Source: Promethearchaeota archaeon
GTDB lineage: Archaea > Asgardarchaeota > Lokiarchaeia > Sigyniarchaeales > SOKP01
Length of the DNA: 47,331 nt
NCBI GenBank assembly: GCA_018238625.1
Contig: JABCSY010000019.1
Span: 1 to 47,331 of the forward strand
Reading direction: 5' to 3'
The position numbers and the translations under genes are program-made. Positions within the stretch are counted from its first letter, which is position 1; every line of letters starts with the position of its first letter. The notes beneath the pieces were generated by a model. It worked only from the letters and a program-made list of their open reading frames with translations, was not told the DNA's origin and did not search any database. Shown piece after piece: positions 38,600-47,331 of the stretch.

Positions 38600-39484
38600 A
38601 TGCCGCAAGAATATTTTTCATATGGTGAAAATATTAAATTAGGTTATGGTGGTTATGATTTACCGCCCATAATGATTGGAACGATGTTTTATCAAAGTCA
38701 AACTTTGGTTGATCGTAAAAATGAAGAAAATTTTGACGAAGAAAAAGCTGTTAAAAGAATTAACGCTCAAAAAGATCTAGCCAAAAAATATAAAATTCCT
38801 GATTTAATTGAGATTTCAGCAGTTACACCTCGAGCTATGGTAAAATATCTGGAGTTTTATTTTGATAAATTTGAGCCTCCTTTTGTGTTAGGAGGGACTT
38901 TTGGAGCTAGAGTTGCGGGTCTTGAATGGCTTTCCGAAAATGGGATTAAACCAAATGAATTTATATATAACGCCGTTTCAAACCTAAAAAATACGAAAGA
39001 AATTGAACTTCTCCAAAAGAACAAAATTACTTCTGCTGTGGTTTTAATCCTAGCTTCAAGTAATATGAGCTCTACGCAAAGATATTCTTATATTACCGAA
39101 AACAACCAACCGGGAAACACAAATATTATTGCTGGTTTGAAAAAAATTGGCATAGAGAACATTTGGGTCGATGGAGGGGTAATTGACATCGAAAGTTTAG
39201 CCCACATCCTTGAGACGCAACAAATTATTAGTAGCTCTCTTAAACTCCCTGTTGGTACCGCGCCTACTCTTTTTCTTTTTAAATATAGTTCACCTAGGCT
39301 TAATATAAGATTTCATACTAAATATCGAAAAGCTAGTATAATGGCTATAGCATCGTGGTTTTCTAACTTTTTGTTCTATGGCGCGATAGAGGACGCTAAA
39401 GAGTGCTTCGCGTCTGTCTATCAAGCGTTAGAGTTTAAGAAAGTGTTGAAAAATAATAATATCAAGTTGTTAGATAAATTATAA
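38600..39484 (+). CDS. MtrH-family pterin-binding methyltransferase, divergent
   Basis: PPIMIGTMFY..LVD....FDEEKA..IN.Q, AMVKYLEF, IYNAV, LPVGTAP and FYGAIEDA. Confidence 0.8.
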   Translation: MPQEYFSYGENIKLGYGGYDLPPIMIGTMFYQSQTLVDRKNEENFDEEKAVKRINAQKDLAKKYKIPDLIEISAVTPRAMVKYLEFYFDKFEPPFVLGGTFGARVAGLEWLSENGIKPNEFIYNAVSNLKNTKEIELLQKNKITSAVVLILASSNMSSTQRYSYITENNQPGNTNIIAGLKKIGIENIWVDGGVIDIESLAHILETQQIISSSLKLPVGTAPTLFLFKYSSPRLNIRFHTKYRKASIMAIASWFSNFLFYGAIEDAKECFASVYQALEFKKVLKNNNIKLLDKL

Positions 39485-39656
39485 AATACAGAAAAAGAGC
39501 CAAATATCACATAATCAAAATTTAAATAAGCTTAATTTTTTACAATAACTATAGCAATTACACATTTGGATAAAATTACTAATTCAGCAATTAGTAAAAA
39601 AGATATACTTTATAACGAACTCATAATAATTTACGAGTAAATAGGAAGGTGCGCAT

Positions 39657-40796
39657 ATGTATAACAATGACCTTAAAGAAGAACAAGAAATTGAAGCAAT
39701 TAAGTTAATTGATTGGGCCGAAGAATTAGTTGATAATGGAGAGGGCGGAAAGGCTATAGACGAGTACGAGAAAGCAGCCCAAATTTATCTTGATATTGGA
39801 AGTTATATCAAATTAGATGAATTATATATAAGAATAACATTTCTATTATCCCAATTTAAAAACAATATTCAAGCAACATATCGGCTAAAATCGATAATCC
39901 GTAAAACTGAAGAATTAAAATTATACGAGATATCAGCTAAATTACTTATTCAATTAGGGAATTTATCTTTTAGGATGAAAGATTGGGAAACTGCTGGTGA
40001 AAGTTGGAATAAAGCTGCGGATTATTTCTATAAAGTAGATCCTGAAGATTATAATAGTTTAGCTTCCATCCTTTTGTTGAAAGCGGGACAATCGTATGAA
40101 CGGTCACATATAACAAAAGATTTAGGCAAACAATTAATTTTAAAGGCAGTAATGAGAATCAATAAATTTGATGAACTTTATCAACAGGAAGAAAAACAAG
40201 CACAAAACTTACTTATCAATAAAGAGTTTGAAGCTGCTGCTAATAAATTTTATACTATTTCCACTTATTTTAAACAATCGATGGATAATTTAGGAGATTT
40301 ACTAGACGAGAAAGAATCTAAAGATACCGCGATTAACGCTAAAGCTAGATTTATTCATTTTGTCGCTGAATATCAAACCGTCTCAGCAGTATGCCTAACA
40401 GCAACTAAAAATCCGAATTTCAAAGAAAAAATCGAAGACCTTGCCCGTAATTCGCTTGAGCTCTTTAAGGAATCGATATCATTGCTAAAAGAATATTTGA
40501 AAAATATAAAAAAGGATTTTGATAGGGAAATTATATTAAGAATTACATTTGATACAATGCTATTAGCAATTATCCAAACTATTTTAGGTGTTGAAGAAAT
40601 AAATTGTACTGAGTATTTACTTAAAAATCTCGAGGAAAACAATGCTTTAACTAAAGAGCTGAAAAAGAGTCCCTACTTCAAAATTGTGAGGAAAATTGAA
40701 AAAGCTGGCCTAACCGAGACTTTAGACAACATTAAAAAAGTAAACTTAGGGCATTTTGAAAAAATCAAAAATACATTAGTTTCTCACTTCCAGTAA
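39657..40796 (+). CDS. TPR/alpha-SNAP-like helical repeat protein
   Basis: YEKAAQIYLDIG, GNLSFRMKDWETAGESWNKAADYFYK, LLKAGQSYER and FEAAANKF. GGAAGGTG lies upstream of the ATG. Confidence 0.72.
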   Translation: MYNNDLKEEQEIEAIKLIDWAEELVDNGEGGKAIDEYEKAAQIYLDIGSYIKLDELYIRITFLLSQFKNNIQATYRLKSIIRKTEELKLYEISAKLLIQLGNLSFRMKDWETAGESWNKAADYFYKVDPEDYNSLASILLLKAGQSYERSHITKDLGKQLILKAVMRINKFDELYQQEEKQAQNLLINKEFEAAANKFYTISTYFKQSMDNLGDLLDEKESKDTAINAKARFIHFVAEYQTVSAVCLTATKNPNFKEKIEDLARNSLELFKESISLLKEYLKNIKKDFDREIILRITFDTMLLAIIQTILGVEEINCTEYLLKNLEENNALTKELKKSPYFKIVRKIEKAGLTETLDNIKKVNLGHFEKIKNTLVSHFQ

Positions 40797-40848
40797 TTGT
40801 ATTTCTTATTTGAGTGATTTCTCCACGTAAAAAAAGAAAATAAGAAGG

Positions 40849-41235
40849 TTAGAATTTTATTACTAATTTTTCGAATTTTAATTTGCTGATTTTTCGAACT
40901 CCGTGCTGACCCGAACAATACTCACAATAAATTAAATCTGCTTCCTGTAGTTTTTTAATTTGGGCAGATATGTTAGCTTCGGTCATGCCTAAAATTGAGG
41001 CGATGTCAGAAACATCCAATTCTTCCTTTGAGCTTTGGATTTGGTTAAGTATCGAGCGTCTTGTATTTGAAGAGAGTGCTTTTACAACCTTTTCGATCTG
41101 TTTGTCAGATCCTATCTCGACCAAATTATGATTATTATCGAACAATTCTAATTCTAACGGTCCATGGATTTCTGATTTTTTTAAGTCTGAATTTATTAAT
41201 TCAGAACTTGATAAATTAGTTTCGCTCATCTCCAT
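40849..41235 (-). CDS. ArsR-family winged HTH regulator
   Basis: KALSSNTRRSIL..LDVSDIASILGMTEANISAQIKKLQEADLI..GQHGVRKI. Confidence 0.88.
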   Translation of the reverse strand: MEMSETNLSSSELINSDLKKSEIHGPLELELFDNNHNLVEIGSDKQIEKVVKALSSNTRRSILNQIQSSKEELDVSDIASILGMTEANISAQIKKLQEADLIYCEYCSGQHGVRKISKLKFEKLVIKF

Positions 41236-41852
41236 ATAATTTTTTCAACCCTAAATAAAATTTTTAAGTCTTTTTTTATTTTGGAATACATTATTACAAA
41301 ATCTACTTCGCCTTTTAAGTCTATTTCAATATTCATTTGATAACTTTTTACTAAAAAAGTTACTATTTACTACATTTTATGCCATACAATTAAATCAAAA
41401 TAAAGTTTCTCAAATTAGCTTACTCTTCAAGATGGTATTCATTTATTTGAAAGTTTTTTGTTATCTCTTTGATTCATATATATAATAAGAATATATTTAA
41501 ATCATTTTAAAATATTGACCATCCCTTTTAATCAAAAGGTTGTTTATTTAATATATCACGTTTTAAAACGATATTAAAAAAAAAACTAAATGTTATTAAT
41601 GTCAAAATAATATAACAAAATTTTAGAACTGTTAACGGTTGTTTTAGGATCTGAGCAATTAAGCGTCATTCCATTGATAAAATGGTATATTTCTTGCGAA
41701 GTAATCGAAGAAATAAGAGATAATAATTTACCATAAATTTCCCACTTAATTATCCCAAAAATACATTAATTAAAATACAAGAATTACATTATTAACATAT
41801 AATGTTATATGCATACAAAAAATACAATTAAGGAAATAAGAGGCGATCTTAA

Positions 41853-42455
41853 ATAAGCGAAGTTTTTAAGTCAAAAAAACCAACTAAGGTAATTACAATT
41901 AGAATAGATGAAGAATTGAACGAACATTTAGACAACATGAAAGAAAGGATGGGTATATCTAAAACTAATTTAATTAAAAACTATTTAGAGCTTTCCAAAT
42001 ACTTAATTAAACATAAAACCGCAATTCAGTCGCTAAATGATCGTGATTTGGTTGTTGTTAAAAAAAGTTTTCTACGAAATTTAATTGAACAACTAGAAGA
42101 AAAGGAGCAATTAATTTCTGGCGATAAATTAGCGAGGTTCGTAAACGATATAGCAAGAATCTACGGTAAGCAAGAGGATTTACGATATAAGATTGATTTT
42201 TGCGATAATTTAGGATTTTTTAACAGTTTTTTTGACGATGATAATTACCTATTAACCACTAAAAAATTTGGTCCGAAAAAATTCGTTGAAGCTTTTCTAT
42301 GGAGGTTGTTTAAGCAAAAAGAGTTAAATTCTAATTATAATAAAAACGAAATGGAAGGTAATAAGAGCTTACGCCAAAAATATAAAAGTGAAATCAAAGT
42401 GTTGGACATTTCTTCGTCTCATTATTCTTTCGAATTCGCGAAAATTCCTAAATAA
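41853..42455 (+). CDS. Ribbon-helix-helix-domain protein
   Basis: Frame is open upstream of TTG 41916 and encodes the RHH strand KPTKVITIRIDEEL, then helices MGISKTNLIKNYL. Start placed tentatively at ATA 41853, after GAGGCG. Confidence 0.7.
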   Translation: MSEVFKSKKPTKVITIRIDEELNEHLDNMKERMGISKTNLIKNYLELSKYLIKHKTAIQSLNDRDLVVVKKSFLRNLIEQLEEKEQLISGDKLARFVNDIARIYGKQEDLRYKIDFCDNLGFFNSFFDDDNYLLTTKKFGPKKFVEAFLWRLFKQKELNSNYNKNEMEGNKSLRQKYKSEIKVLDISSSHYSFEFAKIPK

Positions 42456-42480
42456 CAATAGAATGGAATTTAAGGAAAAA

Positions 42481-44229
42481 TCAATTTTTATCTATAATTT
42501 CTTTTAGCCCTAAGATTGGAATAATTGTATCATTTGGCCGAAAGAGAAGCTCGTAATTTAATTCGTGTAGTGTTCTTTCTATTGTAAAATAATTAATTAG
42601 AGCGAAGTGAAGTTTAAGTCTTTTGCTTTTATCAAATATTTTTCCCATTAATTTATTCTCCCATAAATTAAGGAGGCTCAACACAATTTCCAAAGTTTTA
42701 TGTTTTTTACTGATTTTTGAAGCCTTTCTAAAATAAAGGCTAAAAAGGAATTCTGCGGGAACTTCAAATTTGTTTTTATCGACAATTTTTTTTTCAATGA
42801 AGTTAATTAGAGTGTTAAATTTAATGTAGCTCAGAGATCTTAGAAAGCTCGCTAAATCTTTTTCGATGGGGAATTTAGCCTTCCTTTCTTCTTGAGAAAG
42901 CTGAGGATCTCCTTCAAAGTCGATAAAATAGAACATATAATCGCCGTTGCTTTTGTTGTATAGAATCTGTTGAAAATGGAGGTCTTGGTGAACTGGTTGT
43001 ATAGTGATTTTTTCAATATCAAATTCAGAACGTAATTTATCGATAATATCCTTAACATCAAGGAAGATCGAAGTAATTTTAGGCGAATTATAAAATGCTC
43101 CTTCAGACTTTTTGCTCGTATAATTCAGGATTTTACTTACCATGGAATTTAAATTATCCGTATATTCTTTCAAATAAATTTTACTATCAACCATCTGTTT
43201 CGAATAAAGTGGATCATCCGTTAAGATCAAAGCCTTGTGTAATTTCTTAATCTGAAATCCAATTTTCTCAGAGATTTTTAGCGATTCAACGCAATGTTTT
43301 TTTATTATGTTGGACATTTCCTCTTTATTATTAAGATAGGAATAGTCGTCATTTACTCTTTTAAAAACATCATTTACCATTTCATTAACCTCGTTCCAGT
43401 AAATGTCACCGAGGTTTCCTATATTTGAAACATCTTCCAGTATACCAATTGTTTCTTTACCTTGGAGTTTAATGGTTCCATATATTTTGGGAGCATTTGG
43501 AAAATTATTTTTAACTAGTACAAACAAAGTTCTCGGCTCTAAACTTCCCGAATAATCTTTATATGATTTTAAAATGTACGATATAGGTTCTTTATTGGCA
43601 CTTTTCTTGTAAATCTTTAATGAAAATAATAGATTTGTGGTATTTCCCCCACCCAATTGTTCTAACCCATATTCATATCTTTCAGGATACAAACTAGCTT
43701 CTATGAGGTTGGTTACTTTAGACATGTTAATGTCATCTTCAAACTGATCAGAATAAAGCGTAAGCTCCATAGACAAACCGGGGAATGTTTCGGTTATTTT
43801 CTTATCAAATAACATTTTTTTCCAAAAAAATACACAATACTCCGCCTCAACGAGGTTAAGGGAGATAATTTTTTCTTTCTGTTTATCAAAAACATTTAGC
43901 GCAACCATCTTACTATACGTATTTTCTGTTAATTTTACTATGTTGTCGCTTGTTTTTTCCCTAGGTTCAAGTATTTCTTGAATTTTTTCGTAAGATATCA
44001 TAGGTAGAAAATAGGATTTTGTATATTCTTGAGTTGTAATTACGATTATTGTTAAAAAAATTCTTTCCGATACAATCTTGAAATAGGATATTGTAACTTT
44101 AAATGCTAAATTCGATAGCGAAGATTTATCTCCAAACCATCTTCTCGAAAGAAGCCATCCTTTAAATTCGTTTGAGTTAAATACTTGTTGAATCAAATTT
44201 TTATCAAAGTAATTTCTCATATTCATCAT
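42481..44229 (-). CDS. Maltokinase (Mak/Pep2)-like phosphotransferase
   Basis: N-terminal WLLSRRWFGDK, GGGNTTN, LKSYK, HQDLHFQQIL, IDFEGDP, DLASFLRSLSY and ELNYEL..RP. Confidence 0.85.
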   Translation of the reverse strand: MMNMRNYFDKNLIQQVFNSNEFKGWLLSRRWFGDKSSLSNLAFKVTISYFKIVSERIFLTIIVITTQEYTKSYFLPMISYEKIQEILEPREKTSDNIVKLTENTYSKMVALNVFDKQKEKIISLNLVEAEYCVFFWKKMLFDKKITETFPGLSMELTLYSDQFEDDINMSKVTNLIEASLYPERYEYGLEQLGGGNTTNLLFSLKIYKKSANKEPISYILKSYKDYSGSLEPRTLFVLVKNNFPNAPKIYGTIKLQGKETIGILEDVSNIGNLGDIYWNEVNEMVNDVFKRVNDDYSYLNNKEEMSNIIKKHCVESLKISEKIGFQIKKLHKALILTDDPLYSKQMVDSKIYLKEYTDNLNSMVSKILNYTSKKSEGAFYNSPKITSIFLDVKDIIDKLRSEFDIEKITIQPVHQDLHFQQILYNKSNGDYMFYFIDFEGDPQLSQEERKAKFPIEKDLASFLRSLSYIKFNTLINFIEKKIVDKNKFEVPAEFLFSLYFRKASKISKKHKTLEIVLSLLNLWENKLMGKIFDKSKRLKLHFALINYFTIERTLHELNYELLFRPNDTIIPILGLKEIIDKN

Positions 44230-44572
44230 TATTTCTAACTAGCCATCTTATATATATTTTCTAAATTAAATACTATCTTAAAATGTTTAAGATTTTTGGA
44301 GTTTAGAAAAAGCTAATTTATAAAATATTAATTCCATCTTACTTTAGAACGATTAATACCTTAAACCTTTATATCTAATAAGGGTTTGTCAAATAAAGCT
44401 TTTAATTTCTTCAATAAAATATTAGAAATAATTTCAAATATACCAAATAATTATAAAAAATTGGAAATAGGGGATTCCTTTTTATCTACAACATTTTACC
44501 AAATAAATTTAAAGTCATCAAATCTTAATTTTTTTATAGTAATATAGTAAAAAAAATTGTAATTTACTAATT

Positions 44573-46408
44573 ATGAGCGAAATACAGATTCACCTGCCTA
44601 TAGTTTTCCACTTTCACCAACCTGTAGATAATTTCGATTTTGTTATCGAGGATGCCTATGAAAAGTCATACAAACCCTTAATTGAGAATATTTTCAAAAA
44701 TCCTAAGGTAAAGATTACCCTTCACTTTTCAGGGAATTTATTGGAGTGGTTCTTAAATAATAAGCCAAAATTTATAGAAATGTTAAAAGTTATGGCAAAA
44801 AGAGGGCAGATTGAAATAATTGGCGGGGGTTACTACGAACCTATTTTTGCAATTATACCTAATAGAGACAAAATAGCCCAAATTAAGAAGCTATCCGACC
44901 TAATAAAAAAAGAGTTTGGATTAGAAGTAAAAGGGGCTTGGTTATCAGAAAGAGTTTGGGAACCAAATTATCCCTCGTTTTTAAGTGAACTAGGGTTGAA
45001 ATACACAATCGTTGACGATAATCATTTCAGATCTACTGGAATTACGGAGAGTGATACACTTTATTCGTACATTACTGAAGACGAGGGGAAAACGCTCAGA
45101 ATCTTTCCGATTAATGAGGCGTTAAGATATCTAACGCCATGGAAACCAACTTACTTATCCATTGAATATCTAAGGAAGATAGCTGACGAAAAAGGAGATA
45201 GAGTTGCTCTTTTAATTTCTGACGCTGAAAAGATGGGCGTTTGGGGCACTACACACGAGTTCTGTTACGTTGAGGGCAAGGGGCATGAAGAGGGTGACGA
45301 AGGTAAACCCTTCATTCCAGCGTTTTTTGAGCAAATTGTAAACAATAAATGGATCAAATCGATTACTCTTTCTGAATATATGGAAAAGTTTCCAGCAAGA
45401 GGATTAGTATATCTACCTACAGCAAGCTACGATAAAATGGAAGAATGGGTTTTACCAACTAAAGAAAGGAGAGTTTTTGAGAAAATTAGAAAAATTCTTC
45501 GAGACGATCCCCAAAAACAAGACGAATACCTATTTTTAAAGGGAGGTTTTTGGCGATACTTCTTGGTTAAGTATCCAGAATCTAATAATATGCACAAGAA
45601 AATGCTTTATGTGCGAGAAAAACTCATTCAAGTTGAGAAGCTTGTAAATAAAGTAAAGAGCAAGGAAAATAAAAGCGAAATTAAAACTAAGATAGTGAAA
45701 GCTTGGGAAGAAATATATAAAGCGCAATGTAACGATTGTTACTGGCATGGATTATTCGGTGGCGTTTATTTGCAATTTTTGCGGTTTTCCGTGTATACTC
45801 ATCTTATTAACGCTGAAAATATTATAGATAGCTTGAATTCAGAAATCTTTTCGATCGCAAACAATTACATTTCAATTACTCCTTTAGATTTCAATAAAGA
45901 CAGTAAAATGGATGTTATAATTGAATCTGACGTATTAAACTTATATATAAACCCCTCGGATGGAGGGACTATATTTGAATTAGACTATAAACCAAAATCT
46001 TACAATCTTTTAAATACATTAACTAGGTGGCCTGAAGCGTATCACGATGACGACGAGATAGATAAAGACGAGGTACTAATTGATCGTTACAAGAAAAGCA
46101 TGTTGCGGACGAGATTTTTTCAAAACGATATATCACTTGACCAAATTGAAACTGACCAATACGTCGAATTCGGATCGTTTATTGATGGAGAATTTAATGT
46201 TATCAGAAATGAAAAAGACGGGAAATCCGCTACATTAGAATTAGAACACTTTGGAACGGTAAAAGACCCAGAATCTGATCAGTATTACCCTTGTAGGATC
46301 CTTAAGATAATCGAGGTTGAGGAAAATCAGATTGTTATTACAATAAAAGGTAATTTTCAAAAAATTTCTGGAAAAGAAGAGGTGCTAAAAAGGATACTAA
46401 AAAAATAA
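44573..46408 (+). CDS. GH57 4-alpha-glucanotransferase/alpha-amylase (AmyA type), probably C-terminally truncated
   Basis: HFHQP, GGYYEPI, WLSERVWEP, DDNHF, SDAEKMGVW, YLPTASY, KYPESNNMHK and AQCNDCYWHGLFGG. The C-terminal beta domain starts near DFNKD and ends abruptly. Confidence 0.9.
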   Translation: MSEIQIHLPIVFHFHQPVDNFDFVIEDAYEKSYKPLIENIFKNPKVKITLHFSGNLLEWFLNNKPKFIEMLKVMAKRGQIEIIGGGYYEPIFAIIPNRDKIAQIKKLSDLIKKEFGLEVKGAWLSERVWEPNYPSFLSELGLKYTIVDDNHFRSTGITESDTLYSYITEDEGKTLRIFPINEALRYLTPWKPTYLSIEYLRKIADEKGDRVALLISDAEKMGVWGTTHEFCYVEGKGHEEGDEGKPFIPAFFEQIVNNKWIKSITLSEYMEKFPARGLVYLPTASYDKMEEWVLPTKERRVFEKIRKILRDDPQKQDEYLFLKGGFWRYFLVKYPESNNMHKKMLYVREKLIQVEKLVNKVKSKENKSEIKTKIVKAWEEIYKAQCNDCYWHGLFGGVYLQFLRFSVYTHLINAENIIDSLNSEIFSIANNYISITPLDFNKDSKMDVIIESDVLNLYINPSDGGTIFELDYKPKSYNLLNTLTRWPEAYHDDDEIDKDEVLIDRYKKSMLRTRFFQNDISLDQIETDQYVEFGSFIDGEFNVIRNEKDGKSATLELEHFGTVKDPESDQYYPCRILKIIEVEENQIVITIKGNFQKISGKEEVLKRILKK

Positions 46409-46419
46409 ATGCAATGATT

Positions 46420-46929
46420 TTAATTATCTTCATAAACCTGGACCTCCTCTAATAATAAATACGGCATATCAAAATTCTTAAACTCTGTATCGTTTTCCCG
46501 AATCTTAAAGATTAAGTCGCCTTTTAATCGCAATTTTAAATAGCAGGATTTATTCGAAAGAAGCTCCTTAAGATCAGAATACACAAATGAATCCGCTGGG
46601 ATTAAAACAAAATCTTTTGAATTATTGAAATCAGCATCTGTAAATGGCCGATTCTCCGGCATCTCCTCAAGTAAAATCACATTTAAGAATGCTTCAACAC
46701 CATCCTTCTTTAATTGTTTATCAAAACCCAAACCTAAAGATACGACTCGAAAATCTCCGTCAATCCGTTTCTGAAACTTATATGTACAAGTAACACCATT
46801 TCGAATGATTATAATCTCCTGATCGTTCTTGCTGATCTCAAGGTCTGAATATGAACTTGAACAACCCATGATAACAATGGTAAATAAAATTAGGACTACC
46901 ATTAAATTATAACGAAATAGTACCTTCAT
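46420..46929 (-). CDS. Putative lipoprotein, bacterial-like
   Basis: AGAGGAG ribosome-binding site before ATG 46929. Signal peptide MKVLFRYNLMVVLILFTIVIMG-CSSS has a lipobox-like Cys. Confidence 0.6.
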   Translation of the reverse strand: MKVLFRYNLMVVLILFTIVIMGCSSSYSDLEISKNDQEIIIIRNGVTCTYKFQKRIDGDFRVVSLGLGFDKQLKKDGVEAFLNVILLEEMPENRPFTDADFNNSKDFVLIPADSFVYSDLKELLSNKSCYLKLRLKGDLIFKIRENDTEFKNFDMPYLLLEEVQVYEDN

Positions 46930-47048
46930 CTGATTTCTCCTCTTATGTTTTTTCACAGAAAACTGTTATTTATCGAATAATATGATATTTATAAAAAATT
47001 AACCACTGAACACACTGATCACGCCGCAAAAAAAAACAAACAAAAGAG

Positions 47049-47116
47049 AAAAATTAGGGTGCCGGCCTATGACTTAGGACTCCGAAAACTTGACAAAAAA
47101 AATTAGGGTGCCGGCC
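47049..47116 (+). repeat. Two exact 19-bp direct repeats AAAAATTAGGGTGCCGGCC
   Basis: Copies at 47049-47067 and 47098-47116, 30 bp apart. Confidence 0.85.
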
Positions 47117-47165
47117 ATTTACTTTTTACTTTAATTATTATCCTGTAGGGATAAAGTGATAGTAG

Positions 47166-47185
47166 CCCCGCAATTTATTGCGGGG
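47166..47185. repeat. GC-rich REP-like hairpin CCCCGCAAT-TT-ATTGCGGGG
   Basis: Perfect 9-bp inverted arms preceded by GTAG, in otherwise AT-rich DNA. Confidence 0.7.
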
Positions 47186-47331
47186 TAAAGTTACCCCCCT
47201 ATATCACGATTAGTTCAATATCCATTCCGCAATAATAATATTAAAAATGTAATGTTGAAATATCGCACTAAACAGATGCATCATAATACCTAATGCAAAA
47301 TCAATCTTAAATTAATAATTATCAATCACAA

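Noticed and set aside
38600-39484. Evidence of methanogenesis from mtrH and cdhA
   Set aside because: No mcr or membrane mtr subunits in the window. Both genes also occur in non-methanogenic Wood-Ljungdahl archaea.
480-45748. Many short antisense or overlapping ORFs in the track (for example 480-869, 984-1232, 6033-6305, 12155-12613, 19112-19465, 23902-24315, 34017-34343, 36033-36365)
   Set aside because: They lie opposite or within well-supported genes and have no recognisable motifs, so they are shadow ORFs.
47049-47116. Mini CRISPR array
   Set aside because: Only two 19-bp units, shorter than typical CRISPR repeats, and no cas genes in the window.
1-47331. Selenocysteine readthrough at TGA stops
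   Set aside because: The TGA-ending genes I checked (atpA fragment, endA, 7-TM, maltokinase) end at plausible C-termini. The TGA in the 22033-22119 relic is a decay mutation of an Arg codon.

Overview
AT-rich archaeal chromosomal segment, most likely Asgard (Lokiarchaeia-like). This is inferred from archaeal RadA, EndA, CdhA and MtrH occurring with Arf/Rag-like small GTPases, a roadblock-like domain, a V4R protein, a vWA-RING protein and an alpha-SNAP-like protein. From start to end: (1) a divergent A/V-type ATPase cluster with two paralogous A subunits (A partial-B-D-I-membrane Zn-ribbon-A'), where A' has GEPGNE instead of GERGNE; (2) housekeeping and accessory genes (endA, DUF6506-like, two tandem MEMO1 paralogs, coiled-coil protein, PfkB kinase, OsmC, radA); (3) an alpha-glucan/sugar-nucleotide block (degenerate PMM/PGM, 1135-aa GH13, GH57, NTP-transferase, GalT-like), with a decayed 87-bp copy of the NTP-transferase 3' end bracketing 2.5 kb; (4) a 29.5-40.8 kb zone rich in eukaryotic-signature-like proteins, interleaved with a stand-alone cdhA and an mtrH-like gene; (5) two divergent regulators, a maltokinase and a GH57 glucanotransferase that looks C-terminally truncated where bacterial-looking DNA (lipoprotein, REP-like hairpin) begins. 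No rRNA, tRNA, CRISPR array, integrase or transposase was recognised. All calls come from reading motifs by eye; no database search was run.
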